NCBI GenBank assembly: GCA_964436345.1
Contig: CAYTCC010000002.1
Span: 1-36,344, forward strand
Origin: an uncultured Dehalococcoidia bacterium
Lineage (GTDB): Bacteria; Chloroflexota; Dehalococcoidia; Lucifugimonadales; GCA-002694895
Length of the DNA: 36,344 nt
Direction: 5' to 3'
In this document: positions 27,977-36,344 of the stretch, piece by piece
How positions within the stretch are numbered: position 1 is the first letter of the stretch
How the letters are laid out: the number at the start of each line of letters is the position of its first letter
The notes under the pieces: generated by a model
What the model saw: the letters and a program-made list of their open reading frames with translations, nothing else
The model's database searches: none
What the model was told of the DNA's origin: nothing
Translations under genes and position numbers: made by a program

Positions 27977-28981
27977 TTAGGTATTGGTTATAAATTCAAC
28001 CATGTCTGCGGTTCGACAACTGTAACCCCACTCATTATCGTACCACCCAATTACTTTTACTAAATTTTCACTTATTACTTCGGTGGATAAAGAATCAATG
28101 ATACAACTTGCGGGGTTCTGTTTGAAATCTACACTAACTAATGGTTCATCAGTTATTTCTAATATGTTTTTTAAATATGAATTAGAAGCATCTTTGAAAG
28201 CTTGATTGATTTCATTTTTTGTAACTTTACTTTTGAGATTGCATACCAAATCTACAGATGATACATATAAAGTAGGAACTCTAAATGCTAAGCCATTAAT
28301 TTTACCTTTTAATTTAGGTATTATTTCCCCTACAGATTTCGCAGCTCCTGTTGTTGTAGGTATAATATTCATTCCTGCAGCCCTTGCTCTTCTAAGATCT
28401 TTATGCCCCCTATCCAATATTGACTGATCATTTGTTGTAGAATGAATAGTTGACATAAACCCTGATTCGAAACCGAAATTATCATTTAAAACTTTAACCA
28501 TTGGGGCGATACAATTAGTTGTGCAAGAAGCATTAGATATGATTTGATGATTATTTTTATCATATTCAGATTCATTTACACCTAAAACTATGGTTATGTC
28601 ATCATTTTTAGCTGGAGAAGAAATAATTACTTTTTTTGCGCCGCCATTTATATGTCCTATAGTATCAGTAGCTGATCTAAACCTTCCAGATGATTCAATG
28701 ACTACATCCACTTCCGAAGATTTCCAATCTATTTCATTAGGGTTAGAATAAGAACTCCATTTTATTTTTTTTCCATCAACAATTAAATTTTCATCATCAT
28801 AACTTATATCTTTTTCATATATTCCGTAAATACTGTCATATTTTAATAAATGGGATTTGGTTTTTGCGCCTGAATGATCATTTATTGCAACTACTTCTAG
28901 AGATTTGTGATATTTCATAATTGCTTTGAAGACATTCCTGCCAATTCTTCCAAATCCATTTATTCCTATTTTCGTACTCAT
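27977..28981 (-). CDS. gap: Glyceraldehyde-3-phosphate dehydrogenase, type I
   Basis: 334 aa. INGFGRIGR, active site SNASCTTNC, WYDNEWGYS. Confidence 0.95.
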   Translation of the reverse strand: MSTKIGINGFGRIGRNVFKAIMKYHKSLEVVAINDHSGAKTKSHLLKYDSIYGIYEKDISYDDENLIVDGKKIKWSSYSNPNEIDWKSSEVDVVIESSGRFRSATDTIGHINGGAKKVIISSPAKNDDITIVLGVNESEYDKNNHQIISNASCTTNCIAPMVKVLNDNFGFESGFMSTIHSTTNDQSILDRGHKDLRRARAAGMNIIPTTTGAAKSVGEIIPKLKGKINGLAFRVPTLYVSSVDLVCNLKSKVTKNEINQAFKDASNSYLKNILEITDEPLVSVDFKQNPASCIIDSLSTEVISENLVKVIGWYDNEWGYSCRTADMVEFITNT

Positions 28982-29002
28982 TTAAACCCCTTTGTTTTTA
29001 TT

Positions 29003-30286
29003 TTAAATTTTCATTGCTTGAAATCCAAGATAATTTATTTTTTTATTTTGCGATATGATTTCACTTATTCTATTGTATTTAGCTGTTCTTTCTGACCTGG
29101 CCGGAGCCCCTGATTTTAATTGGGTAGCTTGCGTTCCTATCGCAAGATCAGCAATAAAACTGTCTTCTGTATCCCCGGATCTATGACTGATGATTGTATT
29201 TAAGTTATTTTTATGTGCAAAATTTATTGCATTAAGTGTTTCCGAAATTGTTCCAATCTGGTTTGGCTTAATAAGCACGGTGTTAGCAGAGTTTTTTGAT
29301 ATTGAAGTTTTTATTTTTTTTATAGATGTCACTAAAAGATCATCTCCAACAATTTGGACTTGAGAACCAATTGCTTTATTTAATTTTGTCCAATTTTCCC
29401 AATCATCTTGATCAAAAGGATCTTCAATACTTTTAATAGGGTAGTTTTTTACTAGATGTATATAAAAATCAAGTAATTCATCAGAGGTCATGTAATTATT
29501 TTCATTATTTTGCATTATTTTATATTTATTATTTTCTATAAGCTCTGATGCTGCCACATCTAATCCTATGAATACTTCTACACCAGGTTTGTAACCTGCT
29601 TTTTCTATACACTTGACTATTAACTTTAAAGGTTCTTCATTATTATTATATGGAGAAACAAATCCACCTTCATCGCCTACACTTGTGGAATTTCCATTTG
29701 ATTCTAAATATGATTTGATAGTCCAGTATATTTTGACACAGCAATTTATCGCATCAGAATAATTTTCAAATCCAAGAGGTATAATCATATACTCCTGGAA
29801 ATCACTTGATAAAATTGCGTGTTTCCCTCCATTTAATATATTCATTAGAGGGACAGGTATTTGATAGTATTTGAAATCTTTATCAAAGATTTCAAATGTT
29901 TCTAAATTATTAGCTAAGGCGAGAGCTTTTGTAAAAGACGTTGATAAAGATAGTAGTGTATTTGCACCCAGATTTGATTTGTTTTCAGAATTATCTAATG
30001 TTAATAAAATTTCGTCAAATTGTTCAATTGTATTAAAATTCGTACCTATAATATTTGGAGCTATTATGTTTTGAATATTTTCGATACATGAATTTATACC
30101 TTTTCCAAAAAAATTCTGATGATTATTATCACGTAATTCTACTGCTTCATATTTTCCAGTACTTGCTCCGGATGGCACTGTGGAAATTCCAGTATATTCA
30201 TTATTAAGAGTAACAAAGGATCTTAATGTAGGCGTTCCTCTCGAATCAAGCACTTGTATTGAATTTATGTTTGTAATTTTAGCCAT
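29003..30286 (-). CDS. eno: Enolase
   Basis: 427 aa. VLDSRGTPT, SGASTGKYEAVELRD, GDDLLVT, SHRSGDTEDSFIADLA. Confidence 0.95.
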   Translation of the reverse strand: MAKITNINSIQVLDSRGTPTLRSFVTLNNEYTGISTVPSGASTGKYEAVELRDNNHQNFFGKGINSCIENIQNIIAPNIIGTNFNTIEQFDEILLTLDNSENKSNLGANTLLSLSTSFTKALALANNLETFEIFDKDFKYYQIPVPLMNILNGGKHAILSSDFQEYMIIPLGFENYSDAINCCVKIYWTIKSYLESNGNSTSVGDEGGFVSPYNNNEEPLKLIVKCIEKAGYKPGVEVFIGLDVAASELIENNKYKIMQNNENNYMTSDELLDFYIHLVKNYPIKSIEDPFDQDDWENWTKLNKAIGSQVQIVGDDLLVTSIKKIKTSISKNSANTVLIKPNQIGTISETLNAINFAHKNNLNTIISHRSGDTEDSFIADLAIGTQATQLKSGAPARSERTAKYNRISEIISQNKKINYLGFQAMKI

Positions 30287-30412
30287 ATTAAAATTATATT
30301 TATAACTTTTTGAAGATAATATTTTTAAAAATATTATACTTTATTATATGAGAGTTTAATTTAATTTATACTTGATATATCATATAAAGGAAATAAATAT
30401 TTATGTATTTTA

Positions 30413-32128
30413 ATGAGTGATTTACAAAAACTTAGAGATCAAATAAGACATTCAGCAGCACATTTGTTGGCTGAAGCAGTATTAAAAATTTATCCAGATG
30501 CAAAATTAACAATTGGTCCTGCTATTGAAGATGGATTCTTTTATGATTTTGCTATTGATGAAACTTTTTCCCAAGAGGATTTAGTATCAATTGAACGCCA
30601 AATGAAAAGATCAATAAAAAGGAATACAAAATTTGAAGGTAAAGAATTAACGAAAAAAGAAGCATTGATTATTTATCAAGATAATCCTTACAAAACAGAG
30701 ATTATTAATTCAATGCCAGAAGATGAGGTTATAACAGAATACAGTCATTCTAATGGTAATTTTGTCGATTTGTGCAAGGGAGGCCATGTTGGAAAAACAG
30801 GGGAAATTAAAGCTGTAAAATTACTTTCTACTGCAGGTGCATATTGGAGAGGAGATGAGAATAATAAGATGTTACAGCGAATTTATGGAACTGCTTTTGA
30901 AAGTTCTGAAGAATTAGACAAACACTTACTTTTCCTTGAAGAAGCATCAAAAAGAGACCATCGAAAACTTGGTAATGAACTAGATCTTTTTTCTATTTCA
31001 CAGGATGTTGGTTCAGGAATGATTTTATGGCATCCTAAAGGTTCTTTTATAAGAAGCAAAATTGAAGATTACTGGAAAAGTGAACATATTAAAGATAATT
31101 ATGATTTGATATATACTCCGCATGTTGGGAAATCAGATCTCTGGTCAAAAAGTGGACATTTAGACAATTTTAAAGAAAATATGTTTTCTAGTATTGAGAT
31201 GGATAATAGTGAATATTATTTGAAACCAATGAATTGCCCTTTTCATATTGCATATTATAAAAACAGTTTAAGAAGTTATAGAGATTTACCTATGAGAATA
31301 GGCGAATTGGGTACTGTATATAGATATGAGAAACAGGGGGTTTTGCATGGATTACTTAGAGTGCGAGGATTCACTCAAGATGACGCTCATATATTTTGTA
31401 TGCCTGAACAGGTAGTAGAAGAATTTAATTCGGTTCTTGATTTAACGTTTAGAATTTATGATAAATTTGATTTTAAAAATTACAAGATTACATTGTCAAC
31501 TAAACCCGACACACATGTTGGAGAAGATACAGATTGGGATTTCGCTGAAAATACTCTTGAAAAAATATTAAATGAAAAAGGCTTAGAATATGAACTGGAT
31601 GAAGGTGGTGGAGCTTTTTATGGTCCTAAAATAGATATACATATTGAGGATGCCATAGGTCGTCTTTGGCAGTGTACAACTGTGCAATTTGATTTTAATT
31701 TACCAGAACGTTTTGATTTAAAATATATATCTAATGAAGGTAATGAAATTAAACCAATTATGATTCACAGAGCACTTCTTGGTTCAATTGAGAGATTTTT
31801 TGGAGTATTAGTAGAACATTTTGCAGGTTCATTTCCTATGTGGCTTGCACCAGTTCAAATTATGATTATTCCTATTGCTGATAGGCATATAGATTATTGT
31901 AATCAAATTTCTGATTCTTTAAAAGAAAAAGATTTTCGTTCGGAAGTTAACAATTCATCCGAGAGAATGAATGCAAAAATAAGAGAAGCTCAAATGCAAA
32001 AAATACCATATATGGTTGTAATCGGAGATAACGAAGTATCTCAAAATAAGCTGTCAATAAGAACCAGGTCCGGAGAAAATATTTCAGATATGGATTTAAA
32101 TGAATTTCTTGATGTGTTAAATGTTTAA
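30413..32128 (+). CDS. thrS: Threonyl-tRNA synthetase (no N-terminal TGS domain)
   Basis: 571 aa. It begins directly at the editing-domain HxxxH motif (RHSAAHLLAEAV). Class II motifs are present (FRGELGTVYRYE-like IGELGTVYRYE, RVRGFTQDDAHIF, GGGAFYGPKID), followed by an anticodon-binding domain. Confidence 0.95.
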   Translation: MSDLQKLRDQIRHSAAHLLAEAVLKIYPDAKLTIGPAIEDGFFYDFAIDETFSQEDLVSIERQMKRSIKRNTKFEGKELTKKEALIIYQDNPYKTEIINSMPEDEVITEYSHSNGNFVDLCKGGHVGKTGEIKAVKLLSTAGAYWRGDENNKMLQRIYGTAFESSEELDKHLLFLEEASKRDHRKLGNELDLFSISQDVGSGMILWHPKGSFIRSKIEDYWKSEHIKDNYDLIYTPHVGKSDLWSKSGHLDNFKENMFSSIEMDNSEYYLKPMNCPFHIAYYKNSLRSYRDLPMRIGELGTVYRYEKQGVLHGLLRVRGFTQDDAHIFCMPEQVVEEFNSVLDLTFRIYDKFDFKNYKITLSTKPDTHVGEDTDWDFAENTLEKILNEKGLEYELDEGGGAFYGPKIDIHIEDAIGRLWQCTTVQFDFNLPERFDLKYISNEGNEIKPIMIHRALLGSIERFFGVLVEHFAGSFPMWLAPVQIMIIPIADRHIDYCNQISDSLKEKDFRSEVNNSSERMNAKIREAQMQKIPYMVVIGDNEVSQNKLSIRTRSGENISDMDLNEFLDVLNV

Positions 32129-33035
32129 TCAATTTTTATTCCGGAATAAATTGCAAATATCATCCTATGTTTCATTACTAGGTATTTTAATGGTTTTATT
32201 TCAAATAACTTTGGGAGGAATTGTTAGGATTACTGAATCAGGGTTGGGATGCCCTGATTGGCCTCTATGCGATGGTCAAATTGTACCTGAATTAGATTTT
32301 CATACAGCTATAGAATGGGGGCATAGAGTTTCTGGTGCTTCTATTGGAATTTTAATTATTATTACTAATGTTATTTCTGTTAAATTTTTTGGCAGAAAAT
32401 CTCTGCAATCAATATTATCTTTCTCTTTGTTATTATTAGTTGTTTTGGAAGGGATTTTAGGTGGAATAACAGTTTTGACAGAATTAGCATGGTGGGTCAG
32501 GTTAATTCATTTGGGAGGGTCTTTTATAATTTTATTTCTTTTTGCATATTTGTTTTCTTCAATTAGACAAGATAATAAAAAGTTATTTATATCAGATCTT
32601 AAGATATTTCAGAAATATATATTAAATATCACTATGATAGGACTTTTAATTTTAATGTTGTATGGTTCAGCAATTGTGGGATTAGGAGTTAATTCATCTT
32701 GTATGTCATGGCCTGATTGTATGGGCCAATGGATAAGATTTAATGAAACTTCATATTTTTTGCATATGATTCATAGATATTTAGCTTTAGTTTTTGGACT
32801 GATGATATTGTATCTTTCACATGCAGTTGGTAGATTCGCTATGCCTGGTTCTTTTGTTAAAATTATTGCCAGATTATTAGGATTGATATTTGTAATACAT
32901 ATTCTTTTTAGCATTGGATTAGTTCACGCAGGATTTGATAGATGGCTAAGAGTAGTGCATCTAAGTTTAGCTGGGATTATATGGTTGTTTGTTTCATGGT
33001 TATTTATTGAATACAGAATATTTAAGACTGCTTAA
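32121..33035 (+). CDS. ctaA: Heme A synthase (CtaA/COX15)
   Basis: 304 aa polytopic protein. GGIVRITESGLGCPDWPLC, a second Cys pair CMSWPDC, and conserved His residues in the TM helices. The start overlaps the thrS stop by 8 nt. Confidence 0.85.
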   Translation: MFNQFLFRNKLQISSYVSLLGILMVLFQITLGGIVRITESGLGCPDWPLCDGQIVPELDFHTAIEWGHRVSGASIGILIIITNVISVKFFGRKSLQSILSFSLLLLVVLEGILGGITVLTELAWWVRLIHLGGSFIILFLFAYLFSSIRQDNKKLFISDLKIFQKYILNITMIGLLILMLYGSAIVGLGVNSSCMSWPDCMGQWIRFNETSYFLHMIHRYLALVFGLMILYLSHAVGRFAMPGSFVKIIARLLGLIFVIHILFSIGLVHAGFDRWLRVVHLSLAGIIWLFVSWLFIEYRIFKTA

Positions 33036-33162
33036 TCTGAAGGTGATTTTTAATTATAAAAAAATGTAATTTATTAATTATTGACTATAAAATGTGTAGA
33101 CTATAGATGCCCTTGTTGTTACAATTTTTTAAATGTGAATTATATTACTAACTGATAATTTA

Positions 33163-34206
33163 GTGTTTAATACAATAAAAAAAATCTTACCAATTCTACT
33201 TTCTTTTCTTTTTGTTGTTGCATGCGGAGGGTATGATGGCCCGCAATCTACTTTCGATACGTATGGCCCAATAGCTAAAGAGCAGGCCGACTTGTTTTAT
33301 TTGATTCTTTGGGCGGGAATGGTAGTTTTGATCGCGTGTGAATTAGCTATCTTATATATTTACATTAAATATAGGAGAAAGAAAAACTCTGAAAAGATTC
33401 CATCCCAAACTCATGGCAATACTAAATTAGAAATTATTTGGACAGTCTTACCAGTCATATTTTTAGCTGTTGTATCTGTTCCTGTGTTGTCTGCAATTTG
33501 GTCTTTTGGGACTGCTCCTGAAAATCCAGATGTTGTTGTTAATGTGAAAGGTCATCAATATTGGTTTGAATTTGAATATCCAGAGTTAGATGTAGTAACT
33601 GCTAACGAACTACATCTACCTGTTGGGAAAAAAGTATTAATTAATTTGGATTCTAATAATGTAATACATAGTTTTTGGATACCTAAGATAGCAGGTAAGA
33701 CTGATATCATCCCTAATCATGCTAATTTCATGTGGATCCAAGGAGATAAAGTTGGTCTGTATTACGGACAATGTGCAGAATTTTGTGGAGAATCTCATGC
33801 TTTGATGAGATTTAGAGTTATAGTAGAAACTGATGAGGATTTTGAATCATGGGTTTCTCATCAAAAAACAGAGGCTTATGTGCCAAATGATCCTTTGGAA
33901 AAATCTGGGTACGATCTTTTTATGTCTTCCAGGACAGGTTGCGGGGGTTGCCATATGATAAATGGATCTAAAAAGGCGAAAGGGAAAATAGGTCCTAATT
34001 TAACACATTTTGGATCTCGACAGCATATAGCTGCAGGAATATTAGACAATAATCAGATTAATCTTAGGAATTGGATAAAAAATCCTGATATGATAAAACC
34101 TGGTAATCTAATGTCAGGGCAAGGGGCAGTTTATATGAATCCTAATAAATCATTAACTGAATCTGAAGTTATTGCCCTTGCTTCATATTTACAATCTTTA
34201 AAGTGA
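33163..34206 (+). CDS. ctaC: Cytochrome c oxidase subunit II with fused C-terminal cytochrome c domain (caa3-type); predicted lipoprotein
   Basis: 347 aa, GTG start. Lipobox LFVVAC, CuA site HSFWIP...CAEFCGESHALM, and a C-terminal heme-c motif CGGCHM. Confidence 0.9.
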   Translation: MFNTIKKILPILLSFLFVVACGGYDGPQSTFDTYGPIAKEQADLFYLILWAGMVVLIACELAILYIYIKYRRKKNSEKIPSQTHGNTKLEIIWTVLPVIFLAVVSVPVLSAIWSFGTAPENPDVVVNVKGHQYWFEFEYPELDVVTANELHLPVGKKVLINLDSNNVIHSFWIPKIAGKTDIIPNHANFMWIQGDKVGLYYGQCAEFCGESHALMRFRVIVETDEDFESWVSHQKTEAYVPNDPLEKSGYDLFMSSRTGCGGCHMINGSKKAKGKIGPNLTHFGSRQHIAAGILDNNQINLRNWIKNPDMIKPGNLMSGQGAVYMNPNKSLTESEVIALASYLQSLK

Positions 34207-34223
34207 TATAGGAGAATTAAATT

Positions 34224-36071
34224 ATGACATCAATTCCTCTTAAATTACCGTTTAATATAAAACTTACCAGGCCTATGAATCCTACAGGGATATGGGATTG
34301 GTTGACTACTATTGATCATAAAAAGATAGGTGTTTTATATGGTGTGACTGCATTTATTATGTTTCTTACAGGAGGAATTGAAGCAATTTTAATTCGAACT
34401 CAGTTGATTGCTCCAGAATTAAAAATAATTGCTCCTGAAGTATACAACCAACTTTTTACTATGCATGCAACAACAATGATCTTTTTAGGTGTCATGCCTT
34501 TATCTGCAGCGTTTTTTAATTTTGTTATTCCTTTACAGATTGGTGCGAGAGATGTAGCTTTTCCTAGACTAAATGCTTTTAGTTATTGGACTTTTCTTGC
34601 TGGAGCTTTCATTATGAAAGCAAGTTGGTTTTTAGGAGGATCTCCAAATGCTGGATGGTTTGGCTATGCCCCCATAACTACTGCGACGTTTAATCCTGGA
34701 AATGGGATAGATTTTTGGGTTGTTGGGCTTCAGGTCCTAGGTGTTGCCTCGTTAGCTGCATCTTTTAATTTTATAGTAACAATAATAAATATGAGAGCAC
34801 CTGGAATGACAATGATGAGATTGCCATTATTTACTTGGATGACTTTTATTACAGCTATATTGCTTGTATTAGCTTTTCCGGTAATAACTGTTGCTTTAAT
34901 TGAATTAATGCTTGATAGAACTTTTGATTTTAATTTTTTTAATACTGCAGCAGGAGCAAACCCTTTGTTATGGCAGCATTTGTTTTGGATATTCGGACAT
35001 CCTGAAGTTTATATTTTGATATTGCCGGCCATGGGAATAGTATCTGAGATTTTACCTACATTTTCGCGAAAACCTATATTTGGTTACGCTGCAATGATAT
35101 TAGCAGCTTCATTTATTGCATTTATGGGATGGCTAGTATGGAGCCATCATATGTTTACAACTGGTTTAGGACCAATTGCAAATAGTGTATTTACAGTAAC
35201 AACAATGCTTATAGCTGTTCCTACTGGTGTGAAAATGTTTAATTGGCTTGGTACTTTATGGGGTGGGGATATAGAATTTAATACTCCTACATTATTTTCT
35301 GTGGGATTTTTGTCAATGTTTTTAATTGGCGGGATTAGTGGTGTAATGCATGCTTTTTCAGCTTCTGATTATCAACAGCAAGATACATACTTCATAGTAG
35401 CACATATTCATTATGTTTTGTTTGGGGGAGCTATATTTGCTATATTTGGTGGTATTTATTATTGGTTCCCTAAAATTACAGGAAGAATGTATGATGAAAA
35501 ATTAGGGAAGTTGAATTTTTGGATAATGTTTATATTTCAGAATTTAACTTTTTTCCCTATGCATTTTCTTGGAATGCAAGGTATGCCAAGAAGAATTTTT
35601 ACATATGATTCTGAAATGGGTTGGGCTTTTTGGAATGCGTTTGAAACAATTGCAGCGTATGCGGTTGCATTCGGAGTTTTAATATTTGCTATTAATATGA
35701 TAAAAAGTTGGACTAGCGGTAAAAAAGCAGGAGCTGACCCTTGGGATGGAAGAACATTAGAGTGGTCAATACCGTCTCCTCCACCTGTTTATAATTTTAG
35801 AGATATCCCTATAGTTAAATCTTTAGATGATTTTTGGCATACTAAACAGAATTCATCTGATTCAGATACTAAAATTAAAAGTAAAACGAAAGTTAGTGAT
35901 ATTCATTTACCTCAACCTTCTTATTGGCCTTTATTAGTATCTGTAGGATTAGCGATAGCAGGTTTTGGCATTATTTATAATTTGGTGTTAACTGGAATTG
36001 GTATTACTATTATGCTGATAACAGTTTGTGCTTGGTCATTTGAACCGGTTAATGAACCTGATTCGCATTAG
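34224..36071 (+). CDS. ctaD: Cytochrome c oxidase subunit I (heme-copper oxidase, A-type) with a two-helix C-terminal extension
   Basis: 615 aa. WFFGHPEVYIL-like WIFGHPEVYILILP, HHMF, and the HYV/HF histidine ligands. The extension HLPQPSYWPLL... adds two extra TM helices, as in Bacillus-type CtaD. GGAG RBS upstream. Confidence 0.95.
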   Translation: MTSIPLKLPFNIKLTRPMNPTGIWDWLTTIDHKKIGVLYGVTAFIMFLTGGIEAILIRTQLIAPELKIIAPEVYNQLFTMHATTMIFLGVMPLSAAFFNFVIPLQIGARDVAFPRLNAFSYWTFLAGAFIMKASWFLGGSPNAGWFGYAPITTATFNPGNGIDFWVVGLQVLGVASLAASFNFIVTIINMRAPGMTMMRLPLFTWMTFITAILLVLAFPVITVALIELMLDRTFDFNFFNTAAGANPLLWQHLFWIFGHPEVYILILPAMGIVSEILPTFSRKPIFGYAAMILAASFIAFMGWLVWSHHMFTTGLGPIANSVFTVTTMLIAVPTGVKMFNWLGTLWGGDIEFNTPTLFSVGFLSMFLIGGISGVMHAFSASDYQQQDTYFIVAHIHYVLFGGAIFAIFGGIYYWFPKITGRMYDEKLGKLNFWIMFIFQNLTFFPMHFLGMQGMPRRIFTYDSEMGWAFWNAFETIAAYAVAFGVLIFAINMIKSWTSGKKAGADPWDGRTLEWSIPSPPPVYNFRDIPIVKSLDDFWHTKQNSSDSDTKIKSKTKVSDIHLPQPSYWPLLVSVGLAIAGFGIIYNLVLTGIGITIMLITVCAWSFEPVNEPDSH

Positions 36072-36087
36072 TGGAGGTACTTAGAAT

Positions 36088-36344
36088 ATGTCTGATGAAA
36101 CTACAACAGGATTAAACCACAGAAAACTACTAATGTGGATTTTCTTAGGATCTGATTGTATGTTTTTTGCTTCTTTAATAGGTACATATCTTATTTACAA
36201 AGGATCAGGCATTCCACATCCGGGTCCTTCAGATGTGTTTGATATACCTACAACTTCCATTAGTACATTTGTTTTACTTATGAGTAGTATGAGTATGGTT
36301 TTTGCTTATGCATATCTAGTTAGAGATAATATAAAAGCATTTAG
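36088..36344 (+). CDS. ctaE: Cytochrome c oxidase subunit III (N-terminal part; 3' end cut by window edge)
   Basis: Translates to MSDETTTGLNHRKLLMWIFLGSDCMFFASLIGTYLIYKG.... The position after ctaD, the GGAGG RBS and the hydrophobic subunit-III-like pattern all support the call. Confidence 0.85.
   Translation, partial: MSDETTTGLNHRKLLMWIFLGSDCMFFASLIGTYLIYKGSGIPHPGPSDVFDIPTTSISTFVLLMSSMSMVFAYAYLVRDNIKAF

Noticed and set aside
28010-28016. A GGTTCGA string resembling a tRNA T-loop.
   Set aside because: It lies inside the well-supported gap coding sequence. No acceptor, D-arm or anticodon-arm complementarity is visible around it.
30316-30337. A perfect 22-nt palindrome, ATAATATTTTTAAAAATATTAT, in the divergent eno/thrS spacer, considered as a possible operator.
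   Set aside because: It is composed only of A and T in a spacer that is almost pure AT. Palindromes of this kind arise readily by chance, and it matches no regulator consensus that I know. It is worth only a comparative check.
30287-30412. A T-box or other leader upstream of thrS. I made similar checks for a glycine riboswitch at glyA (19982-20033), a glutamine riboswitch at glnII (21751-21845), and for the pdxS spacer (22893-22968).
   Set aside because: The spacers are too short (52-126 nt), nearly GC-free, and contain none of the conserved cores: no GGUGGUACC T-box sequence and no GC-rich aptamer helices.
33081-33107. A possible promoter upstream of ctaC: TTGACT at 33081-33086 and TATAGA at 33102-33107.
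   Set aside because: The spacer is only 15 nt, and -10-like hexamers are everywhere in this AT-rich DNA. The support is not strong enough to list it as a feature.
1-36344. A scan for CRISPR repeats, IS or transposase ends, integrases, phage genes, tRNA/rRNA genes and long direct repeats.
   Set aside because: I saw none by eye. Every ORF over 200 aa has a plausible metabolic or housekeeping assignment, and spacers are too short to hide arrays. A computational repeat search would be needed to exclude short dispersed repeats.

Overview
The window is AT-rich and very tightly packed: about 32 coding genes and almost no non-coding DNA. It reads as the core chromosome of a streamlined, probably marine, aerobic bacterium. 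I found no rRNA, tRNA, CRISPR array, transposase, integrase, phage, toxin-antitoxin or recognisable defence genes.

Gene content, left to right:
- acpP 3' end, ftsK, and a fused accD-accA carboxyltransferase.
- A minus-strand ilvB-ilvN-ilvC-leuA-leuC-leuD operon, preceded by a textbook Leu (CUC) T-box leader with its own promoter and terminator.
- thrC.
- A small glycoside-type cluster: CelD/FemAB-fold acyltransferase, MshA-like GT4, and a convergent MshD-like GNAT plus a 74-aa ORF.
- A D-aminoacylase-family amidohydrolase, convergent with a two-gene operon of a PhnA-like phosphonoacetate hydrolase and a HemL-like class-III PLP enzyme.
- glyA, an RNase III lacking its dsRBD, type II glutamine synthetase, pdxS-pdxT, an R3H/AAA ATPase, and tmk.
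- A YbdL-like methionine aminotransferase behind a probable SAM-I-clan riboswitch.
- eno-gap, thrS, and ctaA-ctaC-ctaD-ctaE (caa3-type oxidase; ctaE is cut by the window end).

The regulatory RNAs (T-box, SAM-I clan), PdxST, GSII, the MshA/MshD-like genes and the caa3 oxidase point to a Terrabacteria lineage. An AT-rich marine Actinomycetota or Chloroflexota is plausible, but I cannot resolve this without a database search.

I do not see a convincing new system. The most accessory-like stretch is about 12.5-20 kb (the glycoside/thiol-like cluster and the PhnA-like operon). Those two, plus the atypical SAM aptamer, are the best candidates for follow-up. All are offered as hypotheses with moderate interest.
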